Shown piece by piece: positions 1 through 10,866 of a stretch of 64,000 bases of DNA; position 1 is the first letter of the stretch; every line of letters starts with the position of its first letter. Under the pieces are notes generated by a model. The model did not search any database and was not told the origin of the DNA. It worked only from the letters and a program-made list of their open reading frames with translations. Position numbers and translations under genes: made by a program. The stretch lies in NCBI GenBank assembly GCA_964435035.1, contig CAYSXR010000003.1:19553-83552 (forward strand). Direction: 5' to 3'. Source of the stretch: an uncultured Gammaproteobacteria bacterium. GTDB lineage: Bacteria; Patescibacteriota; Patescibacteriia; Magasanikbacterales; UBA922.

Positions 1-865
1 ATATGATGATTGGAATAAGTACACTGTGATCAGGAAAGAATGCAGTTGAGAGGTAAATTGCCAGGGTAAAGTTCATGTACGCGATAGAAACGGTCGCTGC
101 GACTCTTTTTTTGAATTTGAGCCAAAAGAACACACTGTATCCGATCACATGGGTTAGGAGGAAAAAAATGGCAAGAGGGATGAGGAATTTTGCAGGCTCG
201 GTGAGGACCGTATTTATAATTGTTGATGCATGTACTGCTGTCACACCGGTGAGGAGTAGGCCTAAGGCTCCGAGAGATCCTGCACGTGCGGCAGACGTAA
301 CTTTTTTTGCAATGCGTGGGGCGAATTTTTTTATACCTTCGGCTAGGGCGATGGGGAGGAAAATAATCAAAATTAGGCGTATGCACATGTCTATAATATC
401 AACTGATATCGAGGATTTGACGAGAAATTGTATTATGAGAGGAATGGTGAGTGGTGCTAAGAGTGAAGTGACAATAGAGAGGACTAGGGAAAAACTTTGT
501 TTACCATGTGCCATGGTAGTAAATAAGGGTGCAGTCATGGCTGTTGGCATGGCGGCAAGAAGTAGGAAAGGGATGGCAAGTGAGGGGGTTATTATAAGTG
601 CGGTGTAATAGACAACTATTGGTAGAATAATCAGTTTCAAAATTACCGCAAGTGAAATTGTTTTTATGTCATGTGCACTTTCTTTTATGTCTTTGAGGTG
701 TAATTTTAATGCTGAAAAAAAGAAAATACATCCTAGGAGGAATGTGATAAAGGGGAATAAATAAATTCCGTATTGGGGGAATCCTAGTCCGAAACTCAGT
801 GAAATTCCAAGAACTAAGATATAGAGATGTGAGAGAGAGGTATGGCCTTTTTTTTGTATTGCCAT
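1..865 (-). CDS. Bile acid:sodium symporter (BASS/SBF) family transporter, 3' end off-window
   Basis: Hand translation from ATG at 865: MAIQKKGHTSLSHLYILVLGISLSFGLGFPQ...LLLAAMPTAMTAPLFTTMAHG...SLVLSIVTSLLAPLTIP. It is hydrophobic with the BASS P-x-A crossover motif. Missing from the ORF track because it runs off the window. Confidence 0.75.
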   Translation of the reverse strand, partial: MAIQKKGHTSLSHLYILVLGISLSFGLGFPQYGIYLFPFITFLLGCIFFFSALKLHLKDIKESAHDIKTISLAVILKLIILPIVVYYTALIITPSLAIPFLLLAAMPTAMTAPLFTTMAHGKQSFSLVLSIVTSLLAPLTIPLIIQFLVKSSISVDIIDMCIRLILIIFLPIALAEGIKKFAPRIAKKVTSAARAGSLGALGLLLTGVTAVHASTIINTVLTEPAKFLIPLAIFFLLTHVIGYSVFFWLKFKKRVAATVSIAYMNFTLAIYLSTAFFPDHSVLIPIII

Positions 866-869
866 ACGT

Positions 870-1865
870 CTATTTCACTAAGTTACTTGGGGATCCTGCA
901 ATAACATTTTTGATATTTTCAACTGCAGTTGTGATAATTCGATCAATTGCTTCAACACTATTGAATGCATTGTGGGGTGTAATAATCGTTTTTGGATGAT
1001 CAATGATTGCATTTTCAATTAGGCTTTGTCGGATATCTTGAGGTTTCTTGAGTGTCAAAATATTCTCTGGAGTTTTGAATATCATTTCTTCTTCGAGTAC
1101 ATCGAGTCCTGCTCCTGCGATCGTTCCATCTTGAAGTCCACGAAGGAGAGCTTCAGGTTCTATCAACCCACCGCGTGCAGTATTGATAATATAGACACCT
1201 TTTTTCATTATTTTTACTGCTTTTTGGTCAATGATGTGTGTCGTAGAAGGTAGGAGGGGGAGGTGAAGTGAAATAATATCTGATTCTTTGAACAGGGTAT
1301 TTAATTCTGTGTATGAAAATCCATATTCTTTTTCAAGTGCCTTGTTTGGAAATGCATCATAGGCAATGATACGTGCTTCAAATCCACTGAGGAGTTTCAT
1401 AAAATGCACGCCGATATGTCCTGTGCCGATAACCCCAATTGTTTTTTCTTTGATATCAAAACCTTGTAAATCATGATAATCGTATCGACCTTCTTTCACT
1501 CGCTTGATCGAAGGATATAATTTTCTCGAAAGTGAGAGGAGAAGTGCGAGTGCGTGTTCCGCAACGGTGTTTTCTCCATAGGTTGGTACATTTGAGACGG
1601 TAATTTTTTTCTTTTTGGCGTATGCTAGATCTATGTGATCGTAGCCGGTAGAAAATGTCGCAATATGTGCGAGGTGTGGCATGGAATCAATCACCCTTTT
1701 TCCAATTGTTGAGTCTACAAATACTCCGAGAATAGTGGTATTCGGATCAAGGTGAGTATTCTCAACAGTGGTCGGAGAAATTGCAATATCGTGCGACTCA
1801 AGTGAGTGTAATATCAGGGATTGGAATTGTCGGTCAATGCTAGTGAGGCGAATGACATGTTTCAT
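870..1865 (-). CDS. D-isomer-specific 2-hydroxyacid dehydrogenase (D-lactate dehydrogenase-like)
   Basis: STGYDHID, GVIGTGHIG, INTARG, GLDVLEEE and TPHNAF motifs. Start is placed at MKHVI (1865), just after a repeat element. Confidence 0.9.
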   Translation of the reverse strand: MKHVIRLTSIDRQFQSLILHSLESHDIAISPTTVENTHLDPNTTILGVFVDSTIGKRVIDSMPHLAHIATFSTGYDHIDLAYAKKKKITVSNVPTYGENTVAEHALALLLSLSRKLYPSIKRVKEGRYDYHDLQGFDIKEKTIGVIGTGHIGVHFMKLLSGFEARIIAYDAFPNKALEKEYGFSYTELNTLFKESDIISLHLPLLPSTTHIIDQKAVKIMKKGVYIINTARGGLIEPEALLRGLQDGTIAGAGLDVLEEEMIFKTPENILTLKKPQDIRQSLIENAIIDHPKTIITPHNAFNSVEAIDRIITTAVENIKNVIAGSPSNLVK

Positions 1866-1958
1866 AACATTGATTACGCAGATTAACATTGATTACGCAG
1901 ATTAAACTGGATCATCTTTTCAGTCTAAATCCATTTTAATTTGTCTAAATCAATGTTA
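1866..1958. repeat. MITE-like inverted repeat element, family A (AACATTGATT...AATCAATGTT)
   Basis: 10-bp terminal inverted repeats with internal 9-10-nt nnnCAGATT subunits. Related copies at 25714-25805 and 54364-54458. Confidence 0.8.
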
Positions 1959-3353
1959 GGTGTTTTTAAACGTACTTGCAACGTAATACAGTAGGTCTTC
2001 GAGTTCGGTTCCCCTGGTGGTGTTTTGACGTATCAACCCTGTGAACATATTGTTTTTATAGATAAAGGTTATTCGTTTTTCGGTTATACCATTGCTGTAT
2101 TCTTTGGTAGTGACTCGAGTGTGACCATATACCCCATTGCGGTAGGTATTTCCTGATGATTGAAGTATGGTAACTGAGCTAGGCTGTTCAAATCCGGTAG
2201 AATAGAGATGTGTGTCTGAAATGAGTTTTTCTTCTTCCTGTATGGTGTACGAAGAACTTTTTCCTGGTACTGGTGACACGGTCAAATAGAGTGCTGACGT
2301 ACCATCTTGTGGTGGTGTGAAAACCACTGAATATTCATCTCGGAAAGCTCCGCCATACGAAAATCCTCGTATGACTTTGAATTTTCGTGGATATTCAAAA
2401 GAAACCCGTTCGTATTTTTCATTTCGTAAGTAGGCTCCGTTGTTTTTTGCTGCTTGGCGTTCTTCGATTATTTCTTCAAAGACTCCTTGATAGGAAATAG
2501 TTGAATTGCTTCCTAGGTCTGATCCAATTCTAAAGGTAGTTTTAGTGTTTACTCCGATCAAAGCAAGGTCAGGTATTTCCGCGATTGATACTGTGGGAAT
2601 TCTGTCTAGGCGATATCCTATTTTTCGGAGAGCTGTTTCATTTGAAATTTTTCTGAGTAATTGGTATTTCGGGTCTGTGCTACTAGGTTCTACACGATAT
2701 ATGGTACTTCCATTTCTATCTTTAAAGAGCATAAAATTTGGAGCTGCGACACTCATGATGCGGGAGTTTGGGTACATATTGAGAGACGTACCTGTGGGAA
2801 TTGCGTCTATGGTCTTTTGAGCTACAATTTCGATCCAATTTGCAGGAATACCAAGTTCTCGGAGGGTATCACCATTTTCAATATGGAATTTTACATTATT
2901 GATGACGAGATATACTGCAGATCTTTCGCGAGATTTAATGACTGATCCATCGCGTACGATAAGACTACTTGATCGATCATTTCCACTATTGCCGCTACTA
3001 GATCCTGAGCCACTATTACTTCCCGTGTCAATTTTTATGTCCAAATCAGTATTTTTGTCTTCAGTTCCTTCGAAAGGGACGTATTTTTCAGGATCGTTTG
3101 GAATAAACCTTAGAGTCAGGTCATCAATTAGTATTACTTTGTCCCATGATTTGAAGTATGAGAAAAAAATAGTCTCATTTTGAAAAATCTGTTTGGTACA
3201 GTTTTCTGTAATATAATAGACCTCAGGATTTATTGATGATTTGTATGGGTTTTTTTTTCGTAGTGCACATGAATCTGTTATTGCATTACTTGTGTTTGGG
3301 AATAATGCGATTGTAAGGATGAATAGTGTACTGAAAAAAAATATCTTTTTCAT
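1956..3353 (-). CDS. Secreted/surface hypothetical protein
   Basis: Signal peptide MKKIFFFSTLFILTIALFPNTSNA, repeated VYYI/VYLV/IYRV modules and a Ser/Gly linker. Confidence 0.75.
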   Translation of the reverse strand: MKKIFFFSTLFILTIALFPNTSNAITDSCALRKKNPYKSSINPEVYYITENCTKQIFQNETIFFSYFKSWDKVILIDDLTLRFIPNDPEKYVPFEGTEDKNTDLDIKIDTGSNSGSGSSSGNSGNDRSSSLIVRDGSVIKSRERSAVYLVINNVKFHIENGDTLRELGIPANWIEIVAQKTIDAIPTGTSLNMYPNSRIMSVAAPNFMLFKDRNGSTIYRVEPSSTDPKYQLLRKISNETALRKIGYRLDRIPTVSIAEIPDLALIGVNTKTTFRIGSDLGSNSTISYQGVFEEIIEERQAAKNNGAYLRNEKYERVSFEYPRKFKVIRGFSYGGAFRDEYSVVFTPPQDGTSALYLTVSPVPGKSSSYTIQEEEKLISDTHLYSTGFEQPSSVTILQSSGNTYRNGVYGHTRVTTKEYSNGITEKRITFIYKNNMFTGLIRQNTTRGTELEDLLYYVASTFKNT

Positions 3354-3577
3354 ATGGAAGAAATTAATGTTCACAGTATATCCTATTTGTACACATAGTT
3401 CAAAATTTTATTTGATTTTTGGTTTTTTTGTCATCTATTTTGTGGTATACTTCCTTCTCTATTAATATAGTTTTTTTGCATGTTTTTTGTAAAATATACA
3501 ATCCGTTCAGTATCTGTCAAGACAGACACTTTTGTTTGTCGTAGGTGCTCTAAGGACACTTACTTTTTTTGATTTTT

Positions 3578-4993
3578 ATGAATGATGAGATTAAAGTATC
3601 ACGATCTTCATTTGTCGTCCCACCTGACATTTCTTCTCGCCGATTTTTTGAAGGCAGATTTGTACGTTATTGGTCGTGGCGTACACTATTACAAAATTAT
3701 TTTATTCTTAGACGTGCGCCATTGGCACAAAAGGATTTGCAAGAACTTGCTAAGTTACGTAAACAAATTTTTTTGACATACCTTAAGAATTTTTTGTGGT
3801 TTCCATTACTTTTCCTTAAGCTCCTTACACCTTCCTATATGAAAGGGGAAGTAAATGTCTGGACTAATCTCCGTACACTCTGGCAGACGCTCACGAGTAG
3901 GGAATTTCGTCCCCTTCGTATGGCAGTACTCATGCAGTTTGTTTTTCTCTACGTCGTAGGCCATCTTGGATATATTGTATTTCATAATTATGCGGCTCCT
4001 GCCTATGCTGCTACCTATACCTGGATACAGAATAGTTGGGCTGGGAATGCAAGTACAACAGCTACGGGTGTCCACCCGGGAAATCAAACGGGGTGGAATT
4101 ATTTTGTATCGAAAGACGCTGAAATAATTATTTCAGGCGGGGCGGTAACACTTGAATTACCATCATCTTTTCAGATTGAAACGACCGATACTCATTTTAA
4201 TGCGGGTACTAAAACTAATGTCTTTACCTCAAGTACGGGATCGGGTGCTTCTATTGTACTACTCAAGCCTGGTGGGGCCACCTGTAGTTCAGGTACTCAA
4301 TGTACGAGTGGTATTTGTACAAGTAATTTGTGCTATGTTCCTCCTTGTGGTGTCGGAGTTACTTCTACTCTCTATTCTTCGGAAACCTATCCATTGGTGA
4401 ATATTGGTACTCAATGTTGGTTTGCAAAAAATCTTAATGTAGGCACGAAACTCGCTTCAGCTGCTACGGTCCCTTCCAATGGCGCTCTTATTGAAAAATG
4501 GTGTTATGACAATTCTGATGCGAATTGCACCACCTATGGTGGGCTCTACACCTGGGCTGAGACACTTCAACTTGATCCATCGTGTAATACGAGTAATAGT
4601 GGTGGGTGTATTCCTGGTGCTAATCGTCAGGGTATTTGTCCGTCTGGCTGGCATATCCCTACTGATACTGAGATTAAGACTATGGAGGTATATTTGGGAA
4701 TGTGTACCGGTGGTGGTGCTGGATGTGTTGATACAACTAGTTGGCGTGGTACTGATCAGTCGACTCAGCTGAAGACTGGTGGATCTTCAGGATTTAATTT
4801 ACCTGTTGGTGCTGGTAGACGTAGTACAGGTAATGCGTTTCAAGGACAGAGCACATACACATATCTTTGGTCTGCATCTGCGTCTACCGCTACAGATGCT
4901 TGGTATCGTCAGTTTACAACTCGTGCAGATATTTTTCGTGATGTTCTCAATAAGGCGTATGGTTCCTCAGTTCGATGTATTAAGGATGCCTGA
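3578..4993 (+). CDS. Membrane-anchored protein with a C-terminal Fibrobacter succinogenes major (Fib_succ_major/FISUMP) domain
   Basis: IGTQCWFAKNL, YGGLYTW, GICPSGWHIPT and SVRCIKD motifs, preceded by a Cys-rich module and an N-terminal TM segment. Confidence 0.85.
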   Translation: MNDEIKVSRSSFVVPPDISSRRFFEGRFVRYWSWRTLLQNYFILRRAPLAQKDLQELAKLRKQIFLTYLKNFLWFPLLFLKLLTPSYMKGEVNVWTNLRTLWQTLTSREFRPLRMAVLMQFVFLYVVGHLGYIVFHNYAAPAYAATYTWIQNSWAGNASTTATGVHPGNQTGWNYFVSKDAEIIISGGAVTLELPSSFQIETTDTHFNAGTKTNVFTSSTGSGASIVLLKPGGATCSSGTQCTSGICTSNLCYVPPCGVGVTSTLYSSETYPLVNIGTQCWFAKNLNVGTKLASAATVPSNGALIEKWCYDNSDANCTTYGGLYTWAETLQLDPSCNTSNSGGCIPGANRQGICPSGWHIPTDTEIKTMEVYLGMCTGGGAGCVDTTSWRGTDQSTQLKTGGSSGFNLPVGAGRRSTGNAFQGQSTYTYLWSASASTATDAWYRQFTTRADIFRDVLNKAYGSSVRCIKDA

Positions 4994-5068
4994 ATTTGAG
5001 CTATTATTTTTTATAATAGTATGTTTTTTTACAAGCCGTACCATTCTAGTATATACCACGCATAAGTT

Positions 5069-8000
5069 ATGATGCGTTTATTGTTGAAAATTGGATTTTT
5101 TTTGGGTGTAGTGTTCATAGTATTTTGTACGCCCTCATTGGTTCGAGCCGCTGATCCTGCAAGCGGTACGTTTGTTTCTCAAATTATTGATTTGGGTGGT
5201 GAAATGGTTTTTGGTGAAATTACTTGGAATGATACAGTGCCTGGGGGCACCTCTATTGTGATGGAGGTTCGAGCGGGGAATAGTATTGATGTGAGCGATG
5301 GAGTTTGGACAACAGTAGTAAAAAATCAAGAACTTAATGAAAATTTTGATGATCGAAGATATACACAGTATCGAATAACTTTTGAAACCGAGGATGGTGA
5401 TTTTGTACCGAGTGTGAGTGATGTTTCAATTGAATATGTAGCAGCGGGTACTTTTTCTCTCATTGGTTCCCCGTATGACGCAGGCGATCTGAGTAATGTA
5501 CTTGCTGGTATTTCGTGGGTAGCTACGACTCCTACGGGCACGTCTGTGCGCTTTCAGATGCGTACGAGTCCTGATAATAATTCTTGGACATCGTGGAAGG
5601 GTCCTGATGGTACTAATAGTACTTATTTTACCGCATCAGATGGTTCTCAGAATATGCCTGCTGCATTGGGGGATGGCGAAGACGATCGTTGGATTCAATA
5701 TCAAACATTTCTTTCAACCGAGGACGCTGTGACCGTCCCCGTGCTTTCTTCGGCTACGATTACCTATGTTGTTAATGCCCCACCTGAAATCTCTGTTACA
5801 GGTACTCCTATTTTGCAATCCAGTGAAGGTCTTGTTGAAGTTACTTATGAAGTAAGAGATTTTGACACCTTAACGGGTTTTACACCAGGTACTGTTGCAA
5901 TTGACCTTCAGTACTGTACGAGTAATTGTTCTTCTGTTGGTAATGAGGTCTGGGAGACGGCTGTATCCTCTAGTCTTACTGGTAGTTATGGCGCTGGTAT
6001 TGTGGTGGATGCTGAAGATTATACAGAATACTCACTCATTTGGGATCCAACCATTTCTCTTCCGAGTCATTATAATGGTAGTAATTTTAAGATTCGTATC
6101 CGTGCAAATGATGGTGAAGCTGCCAATAATTATGCCTATGATGAATCGAATACTTTTACGCTTGATACTGTTGACCCGGTTGTAAACTCGTTTGTTATCG
6201 ATGCGAGAAGTAATGCTAATCCATCACTCACTCTTTCTGTCACCGACAATACTGTTGTGGGTCTTTTGATGAAATTGTCGAATAACAGCAATCTTTCTCC
6301 TGATGGGCTCAATGCTCAGTCGGGTACGTGGATTCCGTATACTGCTACCTCCAGTTGGGTCTTTGCAAGTGGACCTACTTCGACAGTGTATTATAGTATT
6401 TCCGATGCGTACGGTAATCTATCGAGTGGTGATGCAATTTCTTCGGCTCTTTCACCTCGTACTCCAATAAATATAGTGATTCGAGATATTTCAAATTCAG
6501 AAATGTCTGAATGGTGGGAATTTATTGCGTGGGGAGTGGTGCCTGAGCCCTTACCAGGTTTTAAACAGTATACGATTTATCGATCAACTGATGGTTCCAA
6601 TTATTCAGTTCTCGCTACACAGACTGATCGAACTATTAATTATTATCTTGATGATACTCTTGATACTGAAACTACGTATTATTATAAAGTAGTCGCAGAG
6701 GACGATGATGATAATATTTCTAAATACTCAAGTGTGGTTTCTGATGCACCAAATGGACAAGGTGGCAGTGATAGCACTGGTCCTACTATTTCTGCGGTTT
6801 CTTCTACTGCAGTTGGTACTGAGAGTGTTACTATCACCTGGAATACAGACGAGCTTTCTGATTCAACCGTTGACTATATGACTAATACGGGAGGGGACTT
6901 CAGTCTTGCTGACAGTGTTGGTCTTACTGCTATGTTTGATAGCTCTTCTGGTTTTGGACAGCATGCGGTTACTATCTCTGGACTCACTCCTGCAACTACC
7001 TACTATTACCGTGTTCGTTCGGAGGACCCTCAGTCAAATGAGGGGGTTAGTACTGAATCCCCTAATGGTTATACTTTTACTACTCTTTCTGGCCCTGCGA
7101 TTACGGATGTGGTAATTTCACATATTTCCAATACAGAAGCTACGATCACCTGGGCTACTGACCAGTCGAGTGATTCATATATCTATTACTCAACTAGTAC
7201 TATCCTCGCTTCGCCTACGCTTGTAGGACTTGCAAATAGTGTACAGAACCATGAGGTTACACTCGGTTCACTTTCACCTGGAATCACCTATTATTTTTTT
7301 GTTCAATCAGGTGTTGGGCAAGATAAGAATGTGGTCGACGGGGAGAATCAATACTACACTTTTACGACAACGATGGATGTGGCAGTCCCCATTATTACTT
7401 TTGATGCTGGAGATGATGTAAGTGTAACTGAGGATAGTGTCACCATATCATGGGTGACAGATGAGATTGCTACGTCTACTATTGAATACGGAACGAGCGA
7501 TTCATACGGAACGAGTGTTATCAATAATAATTATAATACGGATCATTTTTCTGTAATTAGTGATTTATTGGGTGGCACACTGTATTATTTCCGCTTGTAT
7601 GCTACTGATGAGAATGGTAATCGGTCGGTTGCAACTGAATTTGTAGCAACTACCACTGATAGCGTTGATAATACACCACCTGTTATCTCTGATGTTGAAG
7701 TAACGGTCGTAACCGATGATGAAGCTCTTATTGTGTGGGATACTGATGAGGTCGCAACAGGGCGAGTATATTACGGCACAGCTACTACGCTCTACACAGC
7801 TTCAAGTACTCTAGTGTCCACCTACAATCGGGCGCATGCGATTACACTTAGCGGTCTTACTACTTCGACGCTCTATTACTATGTTGTTGTTTCTCTCGAT
7901 TCCAGTGGTAACTCTACTACGTCCTCTGAATATACGTTCACCACTCTTGAAACACTCTCTGAAGAAAGTGAAGTTGCACTTCGTGAAGAAACTGCTCGAG

Positions 8001-9532
8001 CTGAGGGAGTTGCCCAAGGTTCTTCAAGTGTAAGCTCTGGTGGTGGGGGAGGTGGTGCTCGGGTGGATCGAGTTGCACCTATTATTTCTGCGGCAAGTGT
8101 TGCCGAAATTTCAGGATCACGAGCGAGTGTGTCGTGGACTGCAAACGAAGCGTCTGTTGGTATTATGGAATTTGGTACTGCACCTGACGAATATACCAAG
8201 AGTGCGGTGACGATGCCTCTTACTTTCAAGACAGATCATCGTATTGTCTTACAAGATTTGGATCCACTCACTACGTACTATTATCGTGTGAGTGCTGCTG
8301 ATGCATCATTTAATGTAAGTAATCTGCTGACTGGTTCGTTTACAACTCTTTCAGAACTCGAAGTTCTTGATGAATTGGTTTCTTCTACTGAAAATACGTT
8401 GATTGGAGAAGAGACTGAAGAAGTGTTCGTTTCTTCAATTGAAAAAGCGAGTGAACTCATTCGATCGTTGTCTACTCGTGTAGGAGTCGGGGCACTTGAA
8501 GCAACACTTACTGATCAGGCGGCATTTATTCAGGAATTATCCGCACTGCTTCCACTTCCGATTATTGGGGGGCAGCCACTAGTTGAAGTAGGATCGAATT
8601 ATGTGCAGGTGTCTTGGACTACTGATAAGTACTCCAATTCGTTAGTGAAATTTGCACCCGAAGATGTTTTTGAGACACTCGGTCAAGAGTATGATCAGAC
8701 GGTTGGAGATGCTGCAACAATGGTTCTCAATCATCGAGTTGAGATCAAGAATTTAAAACCAAATACACTGTATCATTATCGAGTAATTTCGCGTACGATT
8801 GCTGGTGCCGAAACGGTATCTGCTGATTTTACTTTCCGGACTGCAGCTGAAGTTACTGAAATAAATACCTATAAATTTGATGTGATTTCTGCGAATGAGG
8901 CTCGTATTAGGTGGGTCACGAGTGCACCTACGGATTCGTCGGTCGCCTTTACTCCTTATCGAGGAGGGGTTCCTGATCTTGATTCAAAACAATTTGTAAA
9001 AGATGCAAGTTTTGTTACACAACACTCGCTCACACTTTCTGAACTTGAGGCAGGTGTCGTGTATGACATTGAATTGTTTGGGGCGGATTATGGAGGAAAT
9101 ACGGTGAGGGAATTAATCCAAGGTTTCAGTACGACTGATACGGATTTGCCACCGATTATTTCCCAGATACAGACTGATTCTGCAATTATTCCGGGCAGTA
9201 CCGAAAAAATTCAGACGATTATTTCATGGAACACCAATGAACTTTCGACGAGTCGAGTATATTATCGCAAAGGATTTGCAACTAATGAATCACCGTTTAC
9301 TGAGATGACTATTCTTGATCTTGGGTATGTTAAAAAACATATTGTGGTAGTTTCTAATTTTGAATCAGGACAAGTGTATCAATTTGCTGTCGAGAGTACT
9401 GATTCTAGTGGTAATACTGCACTGTCAAACACTATTACCATTCTTACTCCGCGTAAAGAAGAGTCGGTATTCCAGGTAATTATGAGTAATTTTGAAGATT
9501 TGTTTTCGTGGGTTGGGAAAGTACGGAGGTAG
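5069..9532 (+). CDS. Large secreted fibronectin type III / purple-acid-phosphatase-N-like repeat surface protein (1487 aa)
   Basis: Signal peptide and many repeats of the form ITWxTDE...VxYGT...HxVxLxxLxPxTxYYYRV. Confidence 0.85.
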   Translation: MMRLLLKIGFFLGVVFIVFCTPSLVRAADPASGTFVSQIIDLGGEMVFGEITWNDTVPGGTSIVMEVRAGNSIDVSDGVWTTVVKNQELNENFDDRRYTQYRITFETEDGDFVPSVSDVSIEYVAAGTFSLIGSPYDAGDLSNVLAGISWVATTPTGTSVRFQMRTSPDNNSWTSWKGPDGTNSTYFTASDGSQNMPAALGDGEDDRWIQYQTFLSTEDAVTVPVLSSATITYVVNAPPEISVTGTPILQSSEGLVEVTYEVRDFDTLTGFTPGTVAIDLQYCTSNCSSVGNEVWETAVSSSLTGSYGAGIVVDAEDYTEYSLIWDPTISLPSHYNGSNFKIRIRANDGEAANNYAYDESNTFTLDTVDPVVNSFVIDARSNANPSLTLSVTDNTVVGLLMKLSNNSNLSPDGLNAQSGTWIPYTATSSWVFASGPTSTVYYSISDAYGNLSSGDAISSALSPRTPINIVIRDISNSEMSEWWEFIAWGVVPEPLPGFKQYTIYRSTDGSNYSVLATQTDRTINYYLDDTLDTETTYYYKVVAEDDDDNISKYSSVVSDAPNGQGGSDSTGPTISAVSSTAVGTESVTITWNTDELSDSTVDYMTNTGGDFSLADSVGLTAMFDSSSGFGQHAVTISGLTPATTYYYRVRSEDPQSNEGVSTESPNGYTFTTLSGPAITDVVISHISNTEATITWATDQSSDSYIYYSTSTILASPTLVGLANSVQNHEVTLGSLSPGITYYFFVQSGVGQDKNVVDGENQYYTFTTTMDVAVPIITFDAGDDVSVTEDSVTISWVTDEIATSTIEYGTSDSYGTSVINNNYNTDHFSVISDLLGGTLYYFRLYATDENGNRSVATEFVATTTDSVDNTPPVISDVEVTVVTDDEALIVWDTDEVATGRVYYGTATTLYTASSTLVSTYNRAHAITLSGLTTSTLYYYVVVSLDSSGNSTTSSEYTFTTLETLSEESEVALREETARAEGVAQGSSSVSSGGGGGGARVDRVAPIISAASVAEISGSRASVSWTANEASVGIMEFGTAPDEYTKSAVTMPLTFKTDHRIVLQDLDPLTTYYYRVSAADASFNVSNLLTGSFTTLSELEVLDELVSSTENTLIGEETEEVFVSSIEKASELIRSLSTRVGVGALEATLTDQAAFIQELSALLPLPIIGGQPLVEVGSNYVQVSWTTDKYSNSLVKFAPEDVFETLGQEYDQTVGDAATMVLNHRVEIKNLKPNTLYHYRVISRTIAGAETVSADFTFRTAAEVTEINTYKFDVISANEARIRWVTSAPTDSSVAFTPYRGGVPDLDSKQFVKDASFVTQHSLTLSELEAGVVYDIELFGADYGGNTVRELIQGFSTTDTDLPPIISQIQTDSAIIPGSTEKIQTIISWNTNELSTSRVYYRKGFATNESPFTEMTILDLGYVKKHIVVVSNFESGQVYQFAVESTDSSGNTALSNTITILTPRKEESVFQVIMSNFEDLFSWVGKVRR

Positions 9533-9550
9533 TGGTGATGGGTAAATATT

Positions 9551-9586
9551 AAAAAAACCGCTACATAATTCTGTAGCGGTTTTTTG
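9551..9586. terminator. Bidirectional intrinsic terminator
   Basis: AAAAAAACCGCTACA-loop-TGTAGCGGTTTTTT between convergent genes. Confidence 0.8.
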
Positions 9587-9596
9587 TTTGGATATA

Positions 9597-10022
9597 TTAT
9601 CCTTCAATCGTGACTCCCATTTGTCTCGCAGTTCCTTCGATAATTTTCATTGCTGCGTCGATGTCGTTTGCATTAAGGTCGGGCATTTTTTTCTCAGCGA
9701 TTTCCCGTACTTGTGCCTTGGTAATTTTACCTACCTTGGTCTTCAATGGGTTTCCTGATCCTTTTGCAATTTTTGCAGCTTTCTTGATAAGTTCGCTCGC
9801 AGGAGCTACTTTCATGATGAAGCTGAATGTGCGGTCTTCGTATACATTGATGATGACTGGTACGACGTCACCTTTTTTATCCTGAGTTGCTGCATTGAAT
9901 TTGCTGCAGAAGTCCTGGATATTCAATCCGTGTTGTCCAAGAGCTGGTCCTACCGGAGGTGCTGGATTTGCAGCTCCACCCACGATCTGAAGTTTGATTT
10001 GAGTGGTAAGTTTTTTTGCCAT
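9597..10022 (-). CDS. rplK: 50S ribosomal protein uL11
   Basis: [17 protein letters not shown]...KMPDLNA...GTARQMG. Confidence 0.98.
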   Translation of the reverse strand: MAKKLTTQIKLQIVGGAANPAPPVGPALGQHGLNIQDFCSKFNAATQDKKGDVVPVIINVYEDRTFSFIMKVAPASELIKKAAKIAKGSGNPLKTKVGKITKAQVREIAEKKMPDLNANDIDAAMKIIEGTARQMGVTIEG

Positions 10023-10114
10023 ATATGTTATTTACGATTTTCAATAAGTGACTGTATTAGGGTGAGAAGCGTCTTTTGGACCACCCTTATTTCAGTCACC
10101 TATCGATAGTGTTT

Positions 10115-10660
10115 TTAGATTTTTTTAACTTGCAATGCATCGAGTTCCACCGGAGTTTCGCGGCCAAACATGTTGACCAATACTTTGATTTTTCCACGTG
10201 AACTATCTACTTCGCTTACTTTTCCTTCAAAATTCTTGAATGGACCGTCAACGATTCGGACTGGAGCGTTTACCTCGACATCGATCTTGTGAGTCGGGTC
10301 GTCCACATTCATTCGTTTGGTAAGTGATAACATTTCTTTGGCATCAATTGGAGTAGGTGTAGTTCCTGTTCCGATAAATCCGGTAACATTTGGGGTATTT
10401 CTGACTACATACCATGAGTCATCGGTCACCATCATCTCAACGAGTACATACCCTGGGAAGATTTTTTCTTCTACTACGGTTCGTTTACTGTTTTTGATCT
10501 TGATCTTTTTTTCTTTTGGTACCAAAACCTGAAAGATTTTATCTTGCATATCAAAAGATTCGATACGCTGTTCGAGATTGTGTTTTACATTTTCTTCGTA
10601 TCCGCTATAGGTATGGATTACATACCAGCGTTTTCCGAGATTACTGTGCTGCTTTGCCAT
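10115..10660 (-). CDS. nusG: Transcription termination/antitermination factor NusG
   Basis: WYVIHTYSGYE, FPGYVLVEM, DGPFKNFEG, MFGRETPVEL. Start at MAKQH (10660). Confidence 0.97.
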   Translation of the reverse strand: MAKQHSNLGKRWYVIHTYSGYEENVKHNLEQRIESFDMQDKIFQVLVPKEKKIKIKNSKRTVVEEKIFPGYVLVEMMVTDDSWYVVRNTPNVTGFIGTGTTPTPIDAKEMLSLTKRMNVDDPTHKIDVEVNAPVRIVDGPFKNFEGKVSEVDSSRGKIKVLVNMFGRETPVELDALQVKKI

Positions 10661-10689
10661 AGGATAAAAAGGCTTGAAGTGGGTAAAAA

Positions 10690-10866
10690 TTAGATAAGAT
10701 TTTGGAGACCGATATTGAAGATCTGATCGAGAACAGAAAACAAAATTGCCATACCGATACTCATCACGAGTACGATTATGGTATACATCGTAGCCTTTCT
10801 TTTGGTAGGCCAACTTACTCTTTTCAATTCACTAATTGAATCTTTGACGTAGGTAACGAGTTTCAT
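10690..10866 (-). CDS. secE: Preprotein translocase subunit SecE
   Basis: ELKRVSWPT motif plus one TM helix, upstream of nusG. Confidence 0.93.
   Translation of the reverse strand: MKLVTYVKDSISELKRVSWPTKRKATMYTIIVLVMSIGMAILFSVLDQIFNIGLQNLI

Noticed and set aside
30-999. ORFs 30..386, 75..608 and 799..999
   Set aside because: They are shadows of the real minus-strand BASS and LDH genes.
3578-4993. Complete diversity-generating retroelement
   Set aside because: No reverse transcriptase, Avd or template repeat was seen in the window. Kept only as a possible remote target.
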